Part shown: positions 1-9,369 of the stretch, piece by piece | How the letters are laid out: every line of letters starts with the position of its first letter | Position numbering within the stretch: the stretch's first letter is position 1 | Assembly (NCBI GenBank): GCA_963677435.1 | Contig: OY781945.1 | Span: forward strand, 288,001 to 352,000 | Source of the DNA: an uncultured Aliarcobacter sp. | GTDB lineage: Bacteria > Campylobacterota > Campylobacteria > Campylobacterales > Arcobacteraceae | Direction: 5' to 3' | Length of the DNA: 64,000 nucleotides | Notes under the pieces: model-generated | Database searches by the model: none | What the model saw: only the letters and a program-made list of their open reading frames with translations | Told to the model about the DNA's origin: nothing | Translations under genes and position numbers: made by a program

Positions 1-1
1 T

Positions 2-214
2 TACGGAAAAGAATTATATAGAGATACAAAAATACCTTTAATCAGAATTGGGTTCCCAATTTTTGATAGACATCACTTACATAGATACTCTATTAGTGGT
101 TATGAAGGTGGATTAAATCTATTAACTTGGATTACAAACTCTATCTTAGATCAATTAGATGAAGAGACTAAAGATATTGCAAAAACAGATTATTTCTTCG
201 ATTCAGTGAGATAA
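2..214 (+). CDS. nifK: Nitrogenase MoFe protein beta subunit, C-terminal fragment (5' truncated by window)
   Basis: Frame 2 reads YGKELYRDTKIPLIRIGFPIFDRHHLHRYSISGYEGGLNLLTWITNSILDQLDEETKDIAKTDYFFDSVR*, matching the NifK C-terminal PLIRIGFPIFDRHHLHR motif; not in ORF track. Confidence 0.95.
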   Translation, partial: YGKELYRDTKIPLIRIGFPIFDRHHLHRYSISGYEGGLNLLTWITNSILDQLDEETKDIAKTDYFFDSVR

Positions 215-218
215 TTTT

Positions 219-249
219 AAAACTAGAAGATTTTCTTCTAGTTTTTTTT
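219..249 (+). terminator. Rho-independent terminator after nifK
   Basis: aaaactagaaga-tt-ttcttctagtttt stem followed by T run. Confidence 0.8.
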
Positions 250-251
250 AA

Positions 252-285
252 ATTACCGTTATATATTAAGTTACATAATGGTAAT
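252..285. promoter_or_regulatory. ModE-binding box 1
   Basis: attacCGTTATATA-ttaagt-TACATAATGgtaat, palindrome matching the ModE consensus CGNTATATA-N6-TATATANCG. Confidence 0.8.
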
Positions 286-299
286 ATTTTTTTATTAAG

Positions 300-323
300 C
301 GTTATATACAAGAATATATAACT
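300..323. promoter_or_regulatory. ModE-binding box 2
   Basis: CGTTATATA-caagaa-TATATAACT directly upstream of the modE RBS. Confidence 0.85.
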
Positions 324-335
324 AAAAGGATATGT

Positions 336-1118
336 GTGGAATTATCATCAAACTTAACTTTAGAGATTTTTAATCAACCTTTTTTATTAGAAAAAAGAAT
401 TGATTTATTAATTGCAGTTAAAAGAACAGGTTCAATTAGTAAGGCAGCAAAAGAAGTTCCTATGAGTTATAAAGCTGCATGGGAAGCCATTGAAGCTATG
501 AACAATCTATCAACAACGCCAATAGTTCAAAGGGAAACTGGTGGTGTTGGAGGTGGAGGAACAACACTTACCTCTTATGGAGAGAATTTAATACAAACAT
601 ATGAAATTCTAAGAAATGAACAAAAAAAATTTCTTGAAAATTTAACTAAAAGAACAGATATAAATACTGGAACATTAAAAGATATAAGGAGATTATCAAT
701 GCAAATAAGTGCTAGAAACCAAATAAGTGGTGTAGTTGAGCTAATAACTCATGGAACAGTAAATGCAGAAGTATATATGAAACTAAAAAGTGGATATACA
801 ATTGTTTCAGTTATTACAAATACAGCTGTAAATAATTTAAATTTAAAACTAGGTGATGAAATTGTTGCAATATTCAAATCAAGTACCGTTTTAATAACAA
901 CGGATATAACACTAAATATTAGTGCTAGAAATAAACTTCAAGGAAAAATTGATTCAATAAATCAAGGTGAAATTAATTCTGAATTGATTATAGATATTGG
1001 AAATGGTGACAAAATAGCATCTGTTATTACAACAAATTCAATAGGTCGATTAGGGATAAAAGAGGGTGCACAAGTAAGTGCAATTATAAAAGCTTCTGAT
1101 GTAATGATAGGTAAATAA
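336..1118 (+). CDS. modE: Molybdate-responsive transcriptional regulator ModE (wHTH + two TOBE domains)
   Basis: GSISKAAKEVPMSYKAAW HTH, GGxGGGGT loop, two SARN TOBE repeats. Confidence 0.95.
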   Translation: MELSSNLTLEIFNQPFLLEKRIDLLIAVKRTGSISKAAKEVPMSYKAAWEAIEAMNNLSTTPIVQRETGGVGGGGTTLTSYGENLIQTYEILRNEQKKFLENLTKRTDINTGTLKDIRRLSMQISARNQISGVVELITHGTVNAEVYMKLKSGYTIVSVITNTAVNNLNLKLGDEIVAIFKSSTVLITTDITLNISARNKLQGKIDSINQGEINSELIIDIGNGDKIASVITTNSIGRLGIKEGAQVSAIIKASDVMIGK

Positions 1119-1127
1119 GGGAAAAAG

Positions 1128-1874
1128 ATGAAAAAAATAGTTTTAGCATTAATGGTTTTATGTTCAAGTATATTTGCAGGTCAAGTAAATATAGCAGTTG
1201 CAGCAAATGTTAGTTATGCAATAAATGAATTAATTGCCCAGTTTAATAAAACAAATCCTGATACACAAATTCAAGTAACTTTAGGAAGTAGTGGAAAATT
1301 AACTGCACAAATTAAAAATGGTGCTCCATTTAATATCTTTATGGCTGCAAATATGAAATTTCCTGAGTCACTTTATGAAGAAAATATAGCAATTACTAAA
1401 CCTGTTGTTTATGCTCAAGGTGCAATTGCAATGCTAAGTTCAAAAGAGCTTGATTTCAAAAAAGGAATAGATTTAATTAAGGATAATTCAATATCAAAAG
1501 TTGCAATTGCAAACCCAAAAACTGCACCTTATGGAACAGCTGCTGTTGAAGCTATAAAAAATGCAAAAATTCCTGATTCAATTGAGAGTAAATTTGTATA
1601 TGCAGAATCAATTTCACAAGTTGTAACTTATGCAACAACAGCTGCTGATATTGGATTTATTGCAAAATCTTCATTATATGATGAAAAAATGTCTCAATAT
1701 AAAGAAAATATAAACTGGATAAGTGTTAATCCAACTTTATATACACCCATAAAACAAGGTATTGTAATCATCAATAATGCAAAAGATAATCTAGAAGTAA
1801 AGGCATTTTATGACTTTATATTAAGTGAAAAAGCGAAAAAAATATTTGAAGATTATGGATATTTAGTAAAATGA
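1128..1874 (+). CDS. modA: Molybdate ABC transporter substrate-binding protein
   Basis: Signal peptide; GSSGKLTAQIKNGAP and IANPKTAPYG motifs. Confidence 0.95.
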   Translation: MKKIVLALMVLCSSIFAGQVNIAVAANVSYAINELIAQFNKTNPDTQIQVTLGSSGKLTAQIKNGAPFNIFMAANMKFPESLYEENIAITKPVVYAQGAIAMLSSKELDFKKGIDLIKDNSISKVAIANPKTAPYGTAAVEAIKNAKIPDSIESKFVYAESISQVVTYATTAADIGFIAKSSLYDEKMSQYKENINWISVNPTLYTPIKQGIVIINNAKDNLEVKAFYDFILSEKAKKIFEDYGYLVK

Positions 1875-2272
1875 GTCAATTAGTTGCAACAATAAAAAAG
1901 ATAAATAATATCGACAACTTAAACATTGTTGAGTTTGATTTTTTTGGGAAAACTCTAAAAATGATGAGTTTAGATTTAAGTCAAAATGTTCAAGTAGGTA
2001 AAAAAGTAAAATTATTAGTAAAACCTACAAATATATCAATTGCAAAAAATCTAAATGGCGATATTAGCTTTTCAAATCAACTTGTTGCAACTATACAAAG
2101 CCTAGAAAATGGTCAACTTCTAAGTAGTGTTATTTTAAAAGTTAATGATATTTTTCTTGAAAGTATCATAACAAAAGACTCTTCTATAAGAATGAATCTA
2201 CAAATAAATGATGAAGTTACAATTTTGATAAAGGCTAGTAACTTATCAATACAGGAAATTATAAATGATTGA
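1871..2272 (+). CDS. Tandem TOBE (Mop/molbindin-like) protein
   Basis: SFSNQLVATI...LESIIT...ILIKAS TOBE pattern; within the mod operon. Confidence 0.8.
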   Translation: MSQLVATIKKINNIDNLNIVEFDFFGKTLKMMSLDLSQNVQVGKKVKLLVKPTNISIAKNLNGDISFSNQLVATIQSLENGQLLSSVILKVNDIFLESIITKDSSIRMNLQINDEVTILIKASNLSIQEIIND

Positions 2273-2957
2273 GTTATTGAAAAATATAGAATTTGAACCT
2301 TTTTTAATCTCGTTCAAATTAGCTGGTATTACTACTTTAATTCTATTTTTTATTAGTTTACCACTTGCTTGGTTTCTATCCCAATCAAAATCAAAACTAA
2401 AACCATTTTTCGAAGCAATTACAGCACTTCCTATAGTTTTACCTCCTTCTGTTATTGGATTTTATATACTTTGGGCGCTATCATATAACTCTCCAATTGG
2501 AGCATTTTTTGAAAGTACTTTTGGAATAAAACTTGTGTTTAATTTTACAGGTCTTATTATTGCTAGTTGTTTTTATTCTTTGCCTTTTATGGTTCAACCT
2601 TTACAAGGTGGTTTTGAAAGCCTAAATAAAAATATGTTAGAAGCTAGTTATATCTCAGGGAAAAATAAGTTAACAACTATTTTTAGAGTTGCTTTACCAA
2701 ATATGAAACCAGCACTATTAACAGCAATAATCATAACTTTTTCTCATACTGTAGGAGAGTTTGGAGTTGTTTTAATGGTTGGAGGAAGTATTCCTGGAGT
2801 TACAAAAGTAGCCTCAGTTGCTATTTATGAATTTGTTGAAATCATGGATTACACAAATGCTCATATTTATAGTGCAATTATGATAACACTTAGTTTTCTT
2901 ACTCTTTTAGGTGTTTATATTTTTAATGGAAAACAAAAAAAAGTTTTAGGAATTTAA
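2265..2957 (+). CDS. modB: Molybdate ABC transporter permease
   Basis: LPIVLPPSVIG, EAS loop, GEFGVVLMVGGSIPG. Confidence 0.95.
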   Translation: MIELLKNIEFEPFLISFKLAGITTLILFFISLPLAWFLSQSKSKLKPFFEAITALPIVLPPSVIGFYILWALSYNSPIGAFFESTFGIKLVFNFTGLIIASCFYSLPFMVQPLQGGFESLNKNMLEASYISGKNKLTTIFRVALPNMKPALLTAIIITFSHTVGEFGVVLMVGGSIPGVTKVASVAIYEFVEIMDYTNAHIYSAIMITLSFLTLLGVYIFNGKQKKVLGI

Positions 2958-2960
2958 TAA

Positions 2961-3815
2961 ATGATAACAATAGATATAGATAAACAACTACATGGCTCAA
3001 ATGGAGAGATGGATTTAAAAGTAAATCTTGAAATAAAACAAGGTGAATTCTTAGCTCTTGCTGGACTTAGCGGAAGTGGTAAAACTACACTTCTTAGAAT
3101 TTTAGCTGGACTTGAAAGTGCAAGTGGAACAATAAAAATTGATGAAAATATTTGGTTAGATAATAAGTTTTGTTTAGCACCACAAAAAAGAGAAATAGGA
3201 TTTGTCTTTCAAGATTATGCACTTTTTCCAAACTTTACAATATTAGATAATCTTTTGTATGTAAATAAAGATAAAGAGTTAGCTAATCACTTATTAAAAA
3301 TGACCGAATTAGAAGAGTTAAAAAACAGATTTCCCCAAACACTAAGTGGCGGTCAAAAACAAAGAGTTAGCCTTTGTCGAGCGTTGATGAATAAACCAAA
3401 ACTTTTACTTATGGATGAGCCTTTATCCGCTCTTGACCCTGAAATGAGAACAAAACTTCAAAATGAAATTTTAACTTTACATAAAGAGTTTAACACAACA
3501 ACTATAATGGTAAGTCATGACCCAAGTGAAATCTATCGTTTAGCAAATCGAGTTGTTGTTTTAAATCAAGGTCAAATTATAAATGATGGAACACCAAAAG
3601 ATGTTCTTTTGAAAACAAAAGGTAGCCAAAAGTTTTCCTTTGAAGGAGAGCTTTTAGATATTGTAAAAGTTGATGTTATTCATATTGCTATTGTATCTAT
3701 TGGACAACAATTAGTTGAAGTTGTTGTTGGAAATGATGAAGCAAAAAATTTAGAAATAGGGCAAAAAGTAAGTATTAGTACAAAAGCATTTAGCCCAACA
3801 ATCCAGAAAATATAA
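2961..3815 (+). CDS. modC: Molybdate ABC transporter ATP-binding protein
   Basis: Walker A GLSGSGKT, LSGGQ signature, LLMDEP. Confidence 0.93.
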   Translation: MITIDIDKQLHGSNGEMDLKVNLEIKQGEFLALAGLSGSGKTTLLRILAGLESASGTIKIDENIWLDNKFCLAPQKREIGFVFQDYALFPNFTILDNLLYVNKDKELANHLLKMTELEELKNRFPQTLSGGQKQRVSLCRALMNKPKLLLMDEPLSALDPEMRTKLQNEILTLHKEFNTTTIMVSHDPSEIYRLANRVVVLNQGQIINDGTPKDVLLKTKGSQKFSFEGELLDIVKVDVIHIAIVSIGQQLVEVVVGNDEAKNLEIGQKVSISTKAFSPTIQKI

Positions 3816-3816
3816 A

Positions 3817-4662
3817 ATGTTTAATTTATCAATAAGCGAATTAGAAAAATATATCCAAGATGATATACCTTATTTTGATTTAACTACAAGTTTACAAAAT
3901 TGTAATGGAATAAAAGCACAAATTGAAGTATTCACAAAGGAAGATATTATCGTATCTTGTAGTGAAGAAGCTGTAAAAATAGCTGAACTTTTAAACTGTA
4001 AAGTTGAATTTTATGAAAAAAGTAAAACAAAAATCGAAAAAAGTTCTACAATATTGAAATTCTCAGGAAATTATGAAGATATCCACAAAGCTTGGAGATT
4101 AACTCAAATTCTTTTAGAATATAGTTGCAAAATAAGCACTTATTCACATCAGATGAAAGAAAAAATAGAAAAAATAAATCCTACTTGTGAACTATTAACA
4201 ACCAGAAAAACTTTCCCTTTTTCAAAAAGATTTTGTATAAAAGCAGCTTTTTGTGGAGGAGCAATGCCCCATAGGTTGAACCTTTCAGAAACTATTTTAT
4301 TTTTTGAAGGACATAGAATTTTGTATAAAAACAATGTTGAATTTTATGAAGATTTAAAAAGAATAAAAATAAAAATCCCAGAAAAAAAACTAAATGTCGA
4401 AAGTGATAACTTTGAAGATAGTATAAATTTAATGAAAATTGGAGTTGATGTAATTCAGCTTGATAAAATTGATTTTGAAGAACTAGAAAAAATCATCACT
4501 TACAAAAATGAAAACTATCCATTTGTGAAAATATTAGTAGCAGGTGGAATAAATCTAACAAATATCGAAAAATACGCCTCATATAAAATAGATGGAGTGG
4601 TTACAAGTTCTGTTTATAACTGTGGAATGGCAAATATTAGTAGTAAATTAAAAATCATATAA
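3817..4662 (+). CDS. modD: ModD (NadC/quinolinate phosphoribosyltransferase-like) protein
   Basis: DDIPYFDLTT, TTRKTFP, HRLNLSETIL, IQLDK, AGGI motifs; last gene of mod operon. Confidence 0.88.
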   Translation: MFNLSISELEKYIQDDIPYFDLTTSLQNCNGIKAQIEVFTKEDIIVSCSEEAVKIAELLNCKVEFYEKSKTKIEKSSTILKFSGNYEDIHKAWRLTQILLEYSCKISTYSHQMKEKIEKINPTCELLTTRKTFPFSKRFCIKAAFCGGAMPHRLNLSETILFFEGHRILYKNNVEFYEDLKRIKIKIPEKKLNVESDNFEDSINLMKIGVDVIQLDKIDFEELEKIITYKNENYPFVKILVAGGINLTNIEKYASYKIDGVVTSSVYNCGMANISSKLKII

Positions 4663-4678
4663 CTTCATAATAGTTCTT

Positions 4679-4696
4679 TAGGAACACTTCTTGCAT
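4679..4696 (+). promoter_or_regulatory. sigma54 (-24/-12) promoter of the AKR-flavoprotein-nifT operon
   Basis: taGGaacacttcttGCat: GG-N10-GC with TTGC; matches Campylobacterota GGAAC-type RpoN sites. Confidence 0.8.
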
Positions 4697-4786
4697 AGTA
4701 CTAAATACACCTTTAAATATTAATGGGGGAGTAAATCTCATTTATTCCCTTGTTATTATGTAATTTTAGAAAAAGAAGAAAAAATC

Positions 4787-5893
4787 ATGATAGCAACATT
4801 TGATGAAACTTACAATTTTGCAAGAAAATTCTCTCATTATAAAGATTTTTATATTAAACACAATAATTTAATATTTTCAAAATTGGGACTTGGAACTTTT
4901 AATAAAGAACCATACAAAGAAGAAAACTATCTATTTCACTATATAGAGGGTGTAAAAGAAGCGGTAAAAAGTGGAATAAATCTAATAGATACAGCAAGTA
5001 ATTATAGATATGGTCAAAGTGAAAAAGAGATTGGTATTGCACTAAAAGAGCTATTTGAAGAAGGCATTACTAAAAGAGAAGAATTAATTATATGTTCAAA
5101 AGGTGGCTTTATTCAACTAGAATATCCCTTTCCTGCAAATCCATATACATGGATTGAAGAGAATATAATTAATAATTCATTAGCAACAAAAGATGATATA
5201 GAACTTGATCAACACTGTATGACACCTGATTATTTGGAGTGGTCATGTAAAAAATCCCTTGAGAATTTAGGTGTTAAAACTATTGACATCTATTTTTTAC
5301 ATAATCCAGAAATACAAATTTCAAAAATTGGATATAAAAAATTCCTAAAAAAAATTGAAACTATTTTTAAAAGATTTGAAAAAATGGTTGAAATGAAAAT
5401 GATAAGATATTATGGTATTGCAGTTTGGAATGGTTTTATTGACGAAAGTACAAATGAACATATTAACTTAGAAGATTTAGTGGATATTGCCATCAAAGTA
5501 GGCGGTGAAAATCATAATTTTAAATACATTCAAACTCCATTTAATATGGGAAAAACATCAATTTACACAATGCCCTCACAAAAAGTAAAAGGTGAAGAGT
5601 GCACTTTATTACAAGCAGCTCATAGATTAAGAATTGGCGTAATATCAAGTTCATCACTTCTTCAAATGAATCTATTTAAAAAATCTTTCAAACCTGAAAC
5701 TGGTTACTTGCTTGATTCTAAAATAGTATTAGAAAATGATATTCAACTAGCACTTCAATTTGTTAGATCAACACCTGGAATAATAAGTTCATTATTCGCA
5801 TCAAAAGTTCCTGTACATATTAAAAAAAATCTAGAAATTACAAAAATTCCAGCAACATCTAGAGCAAAATATGATTTGATGTACAGAGTATAA
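4787..5893 (+). CDS. Aldo/keto reductase family protein (nif-associated)
   Basis: LGLGT, IDTASNYRYGQSE, CSKGG, IDIYFLHNPE motifs. Confidence 0.9.
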   Translation: MIATFDETYNFARKFSHYKDFYIKHNNLIFSKLGLGTFNKEPYKEENYLFHYIEGVKEAVKSGINLIDTASNYRYGQSEKEIGIALKELFEEGITKREELIICSKGGFIQLEYPFPANPYTWIEENIINNSLATKDDIELDQHCMTPDYLEWSCKKSLENLGVKTIDIYFLHNPEIQISKIGYKKFLKKIETIFKRFEKMVEMKMIRYYGIAVWNGFIDESTNEHINLEDLVDIAIKVGGENHNFKYIQTPFNMGKTSIYTMPSQKVKGEECTLLQAAHRLRIGVISSSSLLQMNLFKKSFKPETGYLLDSKIVLENDIQLALQFVRSTPGIISSLFASKVPVHIKKNLEITKIPATSRAKYDLMYRV

Positions 5894-5894
5894 A

Positions 5895-7541
5895 ATGATT
5901 TATGATGTAATTGTAGTTGGAGGGGGAATTGCTGGTCTTATGGCTGCAATTGAAGCTAAAGATGAACAAAATAGAGTTGCTTTAATTACAAAAGGAAATA
6001 TTTTTAAATCAAACTCTTCAATGGCAAGTGGCGGAATAAATGCCGTACTTGATTCAAACAATAGCAAAGAGATAAATCAACACATTACAGATACTTTTAA
6101 TTCAGCAAAAGGAATAGGAAATAAAAAAGCTATTACTTTTATGTGCAAACAAGCCTCAACAATCATAGAAAAATTAGTTTCTTATGGTGTTGAATTTGAT
6201 AGAGATGAAAGTGGAAATATAGCCCAAAGACCTTTTGGTGGTGGAAGTTCAAATAGAACTTGTTATGTGGGAGATAAAACTGGAAGCGCCATAACTATGA
6301 GCCTTATAAAAAAAGCTAAAGCTAAAGGTATAACTTTTTTACCAAACAATTTTATTTTAAATCTAGCAAAATATCAAGATAGAGTAAGTGGAGTTGTAGC
6401 TTTAAATAAAGAAAATTCACAAGTAGTAATATACGCATCAAAAGCTGTAATTCTAGCAGGTGGAGGATATGCTGGTATTTATAGAGGATATTCTACAAAT
6501 GCACCTGATTATACGGGAGATTTATTAGCTGTTGCTTTAAGAGCTGGACTTCATTTAAAAGATATGGAGTTTGTACAATTTCATCCTACTGGTTTTGTGA
6601 AAACAAACTATTTAGTAACAGAAGCAGCAAGAGGTGAGGGTGGTTACCTTGTCAATAGTGAGGGTTTAAGATTTGTAAATGAATTAGGAACAAGGGATGA
6701 AGTTGCTCGTGCAATATTAAAAGAGCAACTAGAAAAGAAAAAAGTTTACATTGATTTAAGACATTTAGGACTTGAAAAAATTCAACAAAAATTACCTTCA
6801 CTTTACAATGCAGCACTTATGCAATGTGGTGTAGATATTAGCGAAGAGTTATTAGAAATAAAACCCGTTGCCCATTATACAATGGGTGGAGTTGATGTAA
6901 ATATGACAAGTTGTGAACTAAAAGGTCTTTATATTTGTGGAGAAATGGCTTCAAATGGAGTGCATGGAGCAAATAGATTAGGAGGAAACTCTTTACTTGA
7001 AGGTTGTGTATTTGGAAATCTAGCAGGAAATAATGCAAAAGAGTATGCAAAGCAAAATGAATTTTCACCAATAGATTATAACACTGTTGTAAAAGATATT
7101 GAAATGATTGATTTTATTTTCAAAGGAGATACAACTAAAAACTTTAATGCCATTAGAGTTAGTTTAGGAAAATATCTATTTGAAAAAGTGGGAATTATAA
7201 AAAATGAAAAAAGCCTAACTGAAGCCTTTGATTATGTAAAATATTTAAGACAAATATCATATAACCTTCATTGTATCAACAAAGAAAAAAACAATAATGT
7301 AGAATTAAGTGCCATTTTAGAGCTAAGAAATGCCCTTGAAATATCAGAAGCAATAATATTATGTGCACAAAAAAGACATGAAAGTAGAGGAGCTCACTAT
7401 AGAGAAGATTATGCTTTTATGTCAAAAAGATTTAATAAAAGTTTTGTAGTTAAAGAGCTAAAAAAAGGTTATTTTAAAATCTCATTTAAAGAGGGTGAGT
7501 TTTTAAAACAATTAAAAAATCTATTTATAAATAAGGAGTAA
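5895..7541 (+). CDS. FAD-dependent oxidoreductase, SdhA/FrdA/NadB family
   Basis: GGGIAG, QFHPTG, TEAARGEGG, HYTMGG, HGANRLGGNSL, ESRGAHYRED. Confidence 0.9.
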   Translation: MIYDVIVVGGGIAGLMAAIEAKDEQNRVALITKGNIFKSNSSMASGGINAVLDSNNSKEINQHITDTFNSAKGIGNKKAITFMCKQASTIIEKLVSYGVEFDRDESGNIAQRPFGGGSSNRTCYVGDKTGSAITMSLIKKAKAKGITFLPNNFILNLAKYQDRVSGVVALNKENSQVVIYASKAVILAGGGYAGIYRGYSTNAPDYTGDLLAVALRAGLHLKDMEFVQFHPTGFVKTNYLVTEAARGEGGYLVNSEGLRFVNELGTRDEVARAILKEQLEKKKVYIDLRHLGLEKIQQKLPSLYNAALMQCGVDISEELLEIKPVAHYTMGGVDVNMTSCELKGLYICGEMASNGVHGANRLGGNSLLEGCVFGNLAGNNAKEYAKQNEFSPIDYNTVVKDIEMIDFIFKGDTTKNFNAIRVSLGKYLFEKVGIIKNEKSLTEAFDYVKYLRQISYNLHCINKEKNNNVELSAILELRNALEISEAIILCAQKRHESRGAHYREDYAFMSKRFNKSFVVKELKKGYFKISFKEGEFLKQLKNLFINKE

Positions 7542-7544
7542 AAA

Positions 7545-7754
7545 ATGGCAAAAGTTATGTTAAGAGAAGTAGATGGGGTTGTATCTTTTTATTTTGCAAA
7601 AAAAGATATGGAAGAAACAATTGAAGAAATAGAGTTTGATACACAAGAAAAATGGGGCGGAAATGCAACTTTATCAAATGGTGAAACTTGGTGGATTCAA
7701 CCAGGTATTAAAAAACTTCCTAAAGAAGAAGTATGTAAAAAGATTGCGGATTAA
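7545..7754 (+). CDS. nifT: Nitrogen fixation protein NifT/FixU
   Basis: 69 aa; KVMLR...KKDMEE...WGG...LSNG..W pattern. Confidence 0.88.
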   Translation: MAKVMLREVDGVVSFYFAKKDMEETIEEIEFDTQEKWGGNATLSNGETWWIQPGIKKLPKEEVCKKIAD

Positions 7755-7804
7755 TCTTTTGTATATTTTTTATATAAACGGTTATTCATTATGAGTTGCG
7801 GAAT

Positions 7805-7813
7805 TGTTATAAT
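7805..7813 (+). promoter_or_regulatory. Extended -10 sigma70 element for nifA
   Basis: TGtTATAAT upstream of AGGAGG RBS and ATG at 7840. Confidence 0.6.
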
Positions 7814-7839
7814 TAAATTATTAAAAATAGGAGGCAATA

Positions 7840-9369
7840 ATGTTTGATAAATCTGCCTGTATGAGCTGCCTAACAATAAGAGAATTAACAACACTTTATG
7901 AAATTTCTTCAGTTATTTCAAATCATTATGATTTGCAAACTTCCCTTGAGAAATCAATGAAAATTTTAAAAAACTCGTTAAGTCTTGAAAATTGTGTAGT
8001 TCATATTTTAGATGATGATGTTTTAAATGTTTTTGCGTCTATTGAATTATCAAAATTCCAAAAAACACTTGCTACTTATAAAGTAGGAGAGGGAGTTACT
8101 GGAATGGTTGCTGAATCAAAAGAACCAGTTGTTGTAGAAAATATTCATAATAACTCTATTTTTCTAAATAAATCAGGAAAAAGAGATTTTAATGGGAAAT
8201 CTTATGCAGCAGTTCCTTTAATGATAGACAATGAATCCATAGGTGTTTTAGGTGCAGTGATTACTAAAAATGCTGAAATACAACTAGATGATACAGTAAG
8301 AATTTTAACAATTGTAAGTTCAATCTTTGCACAAACAATTCATTCTTATCAACTATATCAAAAAGAAAAAGAGAGATTACAAGAACTAAAACTTTATTAC
8401 AAAATGGAATGGGATTCAAAAGTTCATAATTTTGGGGATATTATTGGAGATAGTCCAAAAATGGAACAAGTTTTCAAAGTTATTCAAAGAATTGCCCAAT
8501 CTGATGTAACTGTATTAGTTAGAGGAGAAACAGGAACTGGAAAAGAACTAGTTGCTGCTGCCATTCATAAAAGAAGTAACAGAAAAGATGAACCATTTAT
8601 CAAACTAAATTGTGCTGCTATTACTGATACTTTACTTGAAAGCGAACTTTTTGGACATGAAAAAGGCGCATTTACAGATGCAAGAGAAACTAGAAAAGGA
8701 AGATTTGAACTAGCAGATGGAGGAACTCTTTTTTTAGATGAAATAGGAGATATTTCACCCTCAGCTCAAGTAAAACTTCTAAGAGTTCTACAAGAAAGAG
8801 AATTTGAAAGAGTTGGTGGAAGTAAAACTATAAAAGTAAATGTTAGACTCGTAGCTGCAACAAATAGAAATCTTGAACAAATGGTTAAAGATGGGAAGTT
8901 TAGAGAAGATTTATATTATAGATTAAATGTTATTCCTATTGATTTACCGCCACTTAGAGAAAGAGGTGAGGATATTAAACAACTTGTAAACTTCTTTTTA
9001 GAAAGAGCTATGAGAAACCACAAAAAAAGAGTAACAATCACAGATGAAGCTATGGATGCGCTCTGTAGTTACCCGTGGCCGGGCAATGTAAGAGAATTAG
9101 AAAATACAATTGAGCGTATTGTTTTAATGGGGAATGAAGAAGGAATAAACAAATATGATATGTTACTTTTACTTCCTGCACTTAATGATCAAAAACTAAA
9201 AAGTGATTATAAACCAATTTCTAAAAAAAGTTTGACTTTAGAAGAATTGGAAAAAGAAGCAATTATTGAGGCACTTGAAAATAACGACTATAATCAATCA
9301 AATGCGGCAATAGAGTTAGGAATAACTCTTAGACAAATGGGGTATAAAATAAAAAAATATGAAATCTAA
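7840..9369 (+). CDS. nifA: nif-specific sigma54 enhancer-binding activator (GAF-AAA+-HTH)
   Basis: N-terminal GAF with GEGVTG, GETGTGKE, ESELFGHEKGAFTDA, WPGNVRELEN, C-terminal HTH LGITLRQMGYKIKKY; nif context. Confidence 0.9.
   Translation: MFDKSACMSCLTIRELTTLYEISSVISNHYDLQTSLEKSMKILKNSLSLENCVVHILDDDVLNVFASIELSKFQKTLATYKVGEGVTGMVAESKEPVVVENIHNNSIFLNKSGKRDFNGKSYAAVPLMIDNESIGVLGAVITKNAEIQLDDTVRILTIVSSIFAQTIHSYQLYQKEKERLQELKLYYKMEWDSKVHNFGDIIGDSPKMEQVFKVIQRIAQSDVTVLVRGETGTGKELVAAAIHKRSNRKDEPFIKLNCAAITDTLLESELFGHEKGAFTDARETRKGRFELADGGTLFLDEIGDISPSAQVKLLRVLQEREFERVGGSKTIKVNVRLVAATNRNLEQMVKDGKFREDLYYRLNVIPIDLPPLRERGEDIKQLVNFFLERAMRNHKKRVTITDEAMDALCSYPWPGNVRELENTIERIVLMGNEEGINKYDMLLLLPALNDQKLKSDYKPISKKSLTLEELEKEAIIEALENNDYNQSNAAIELGITLRQMGYKIKKYEI

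Noticed and set aside
7757..7780. Possible ModE box upstream of nifA
   Set aside because: Only one weak half-site with wrong spacing; fits the TGTA-N9-TACA-like motif better
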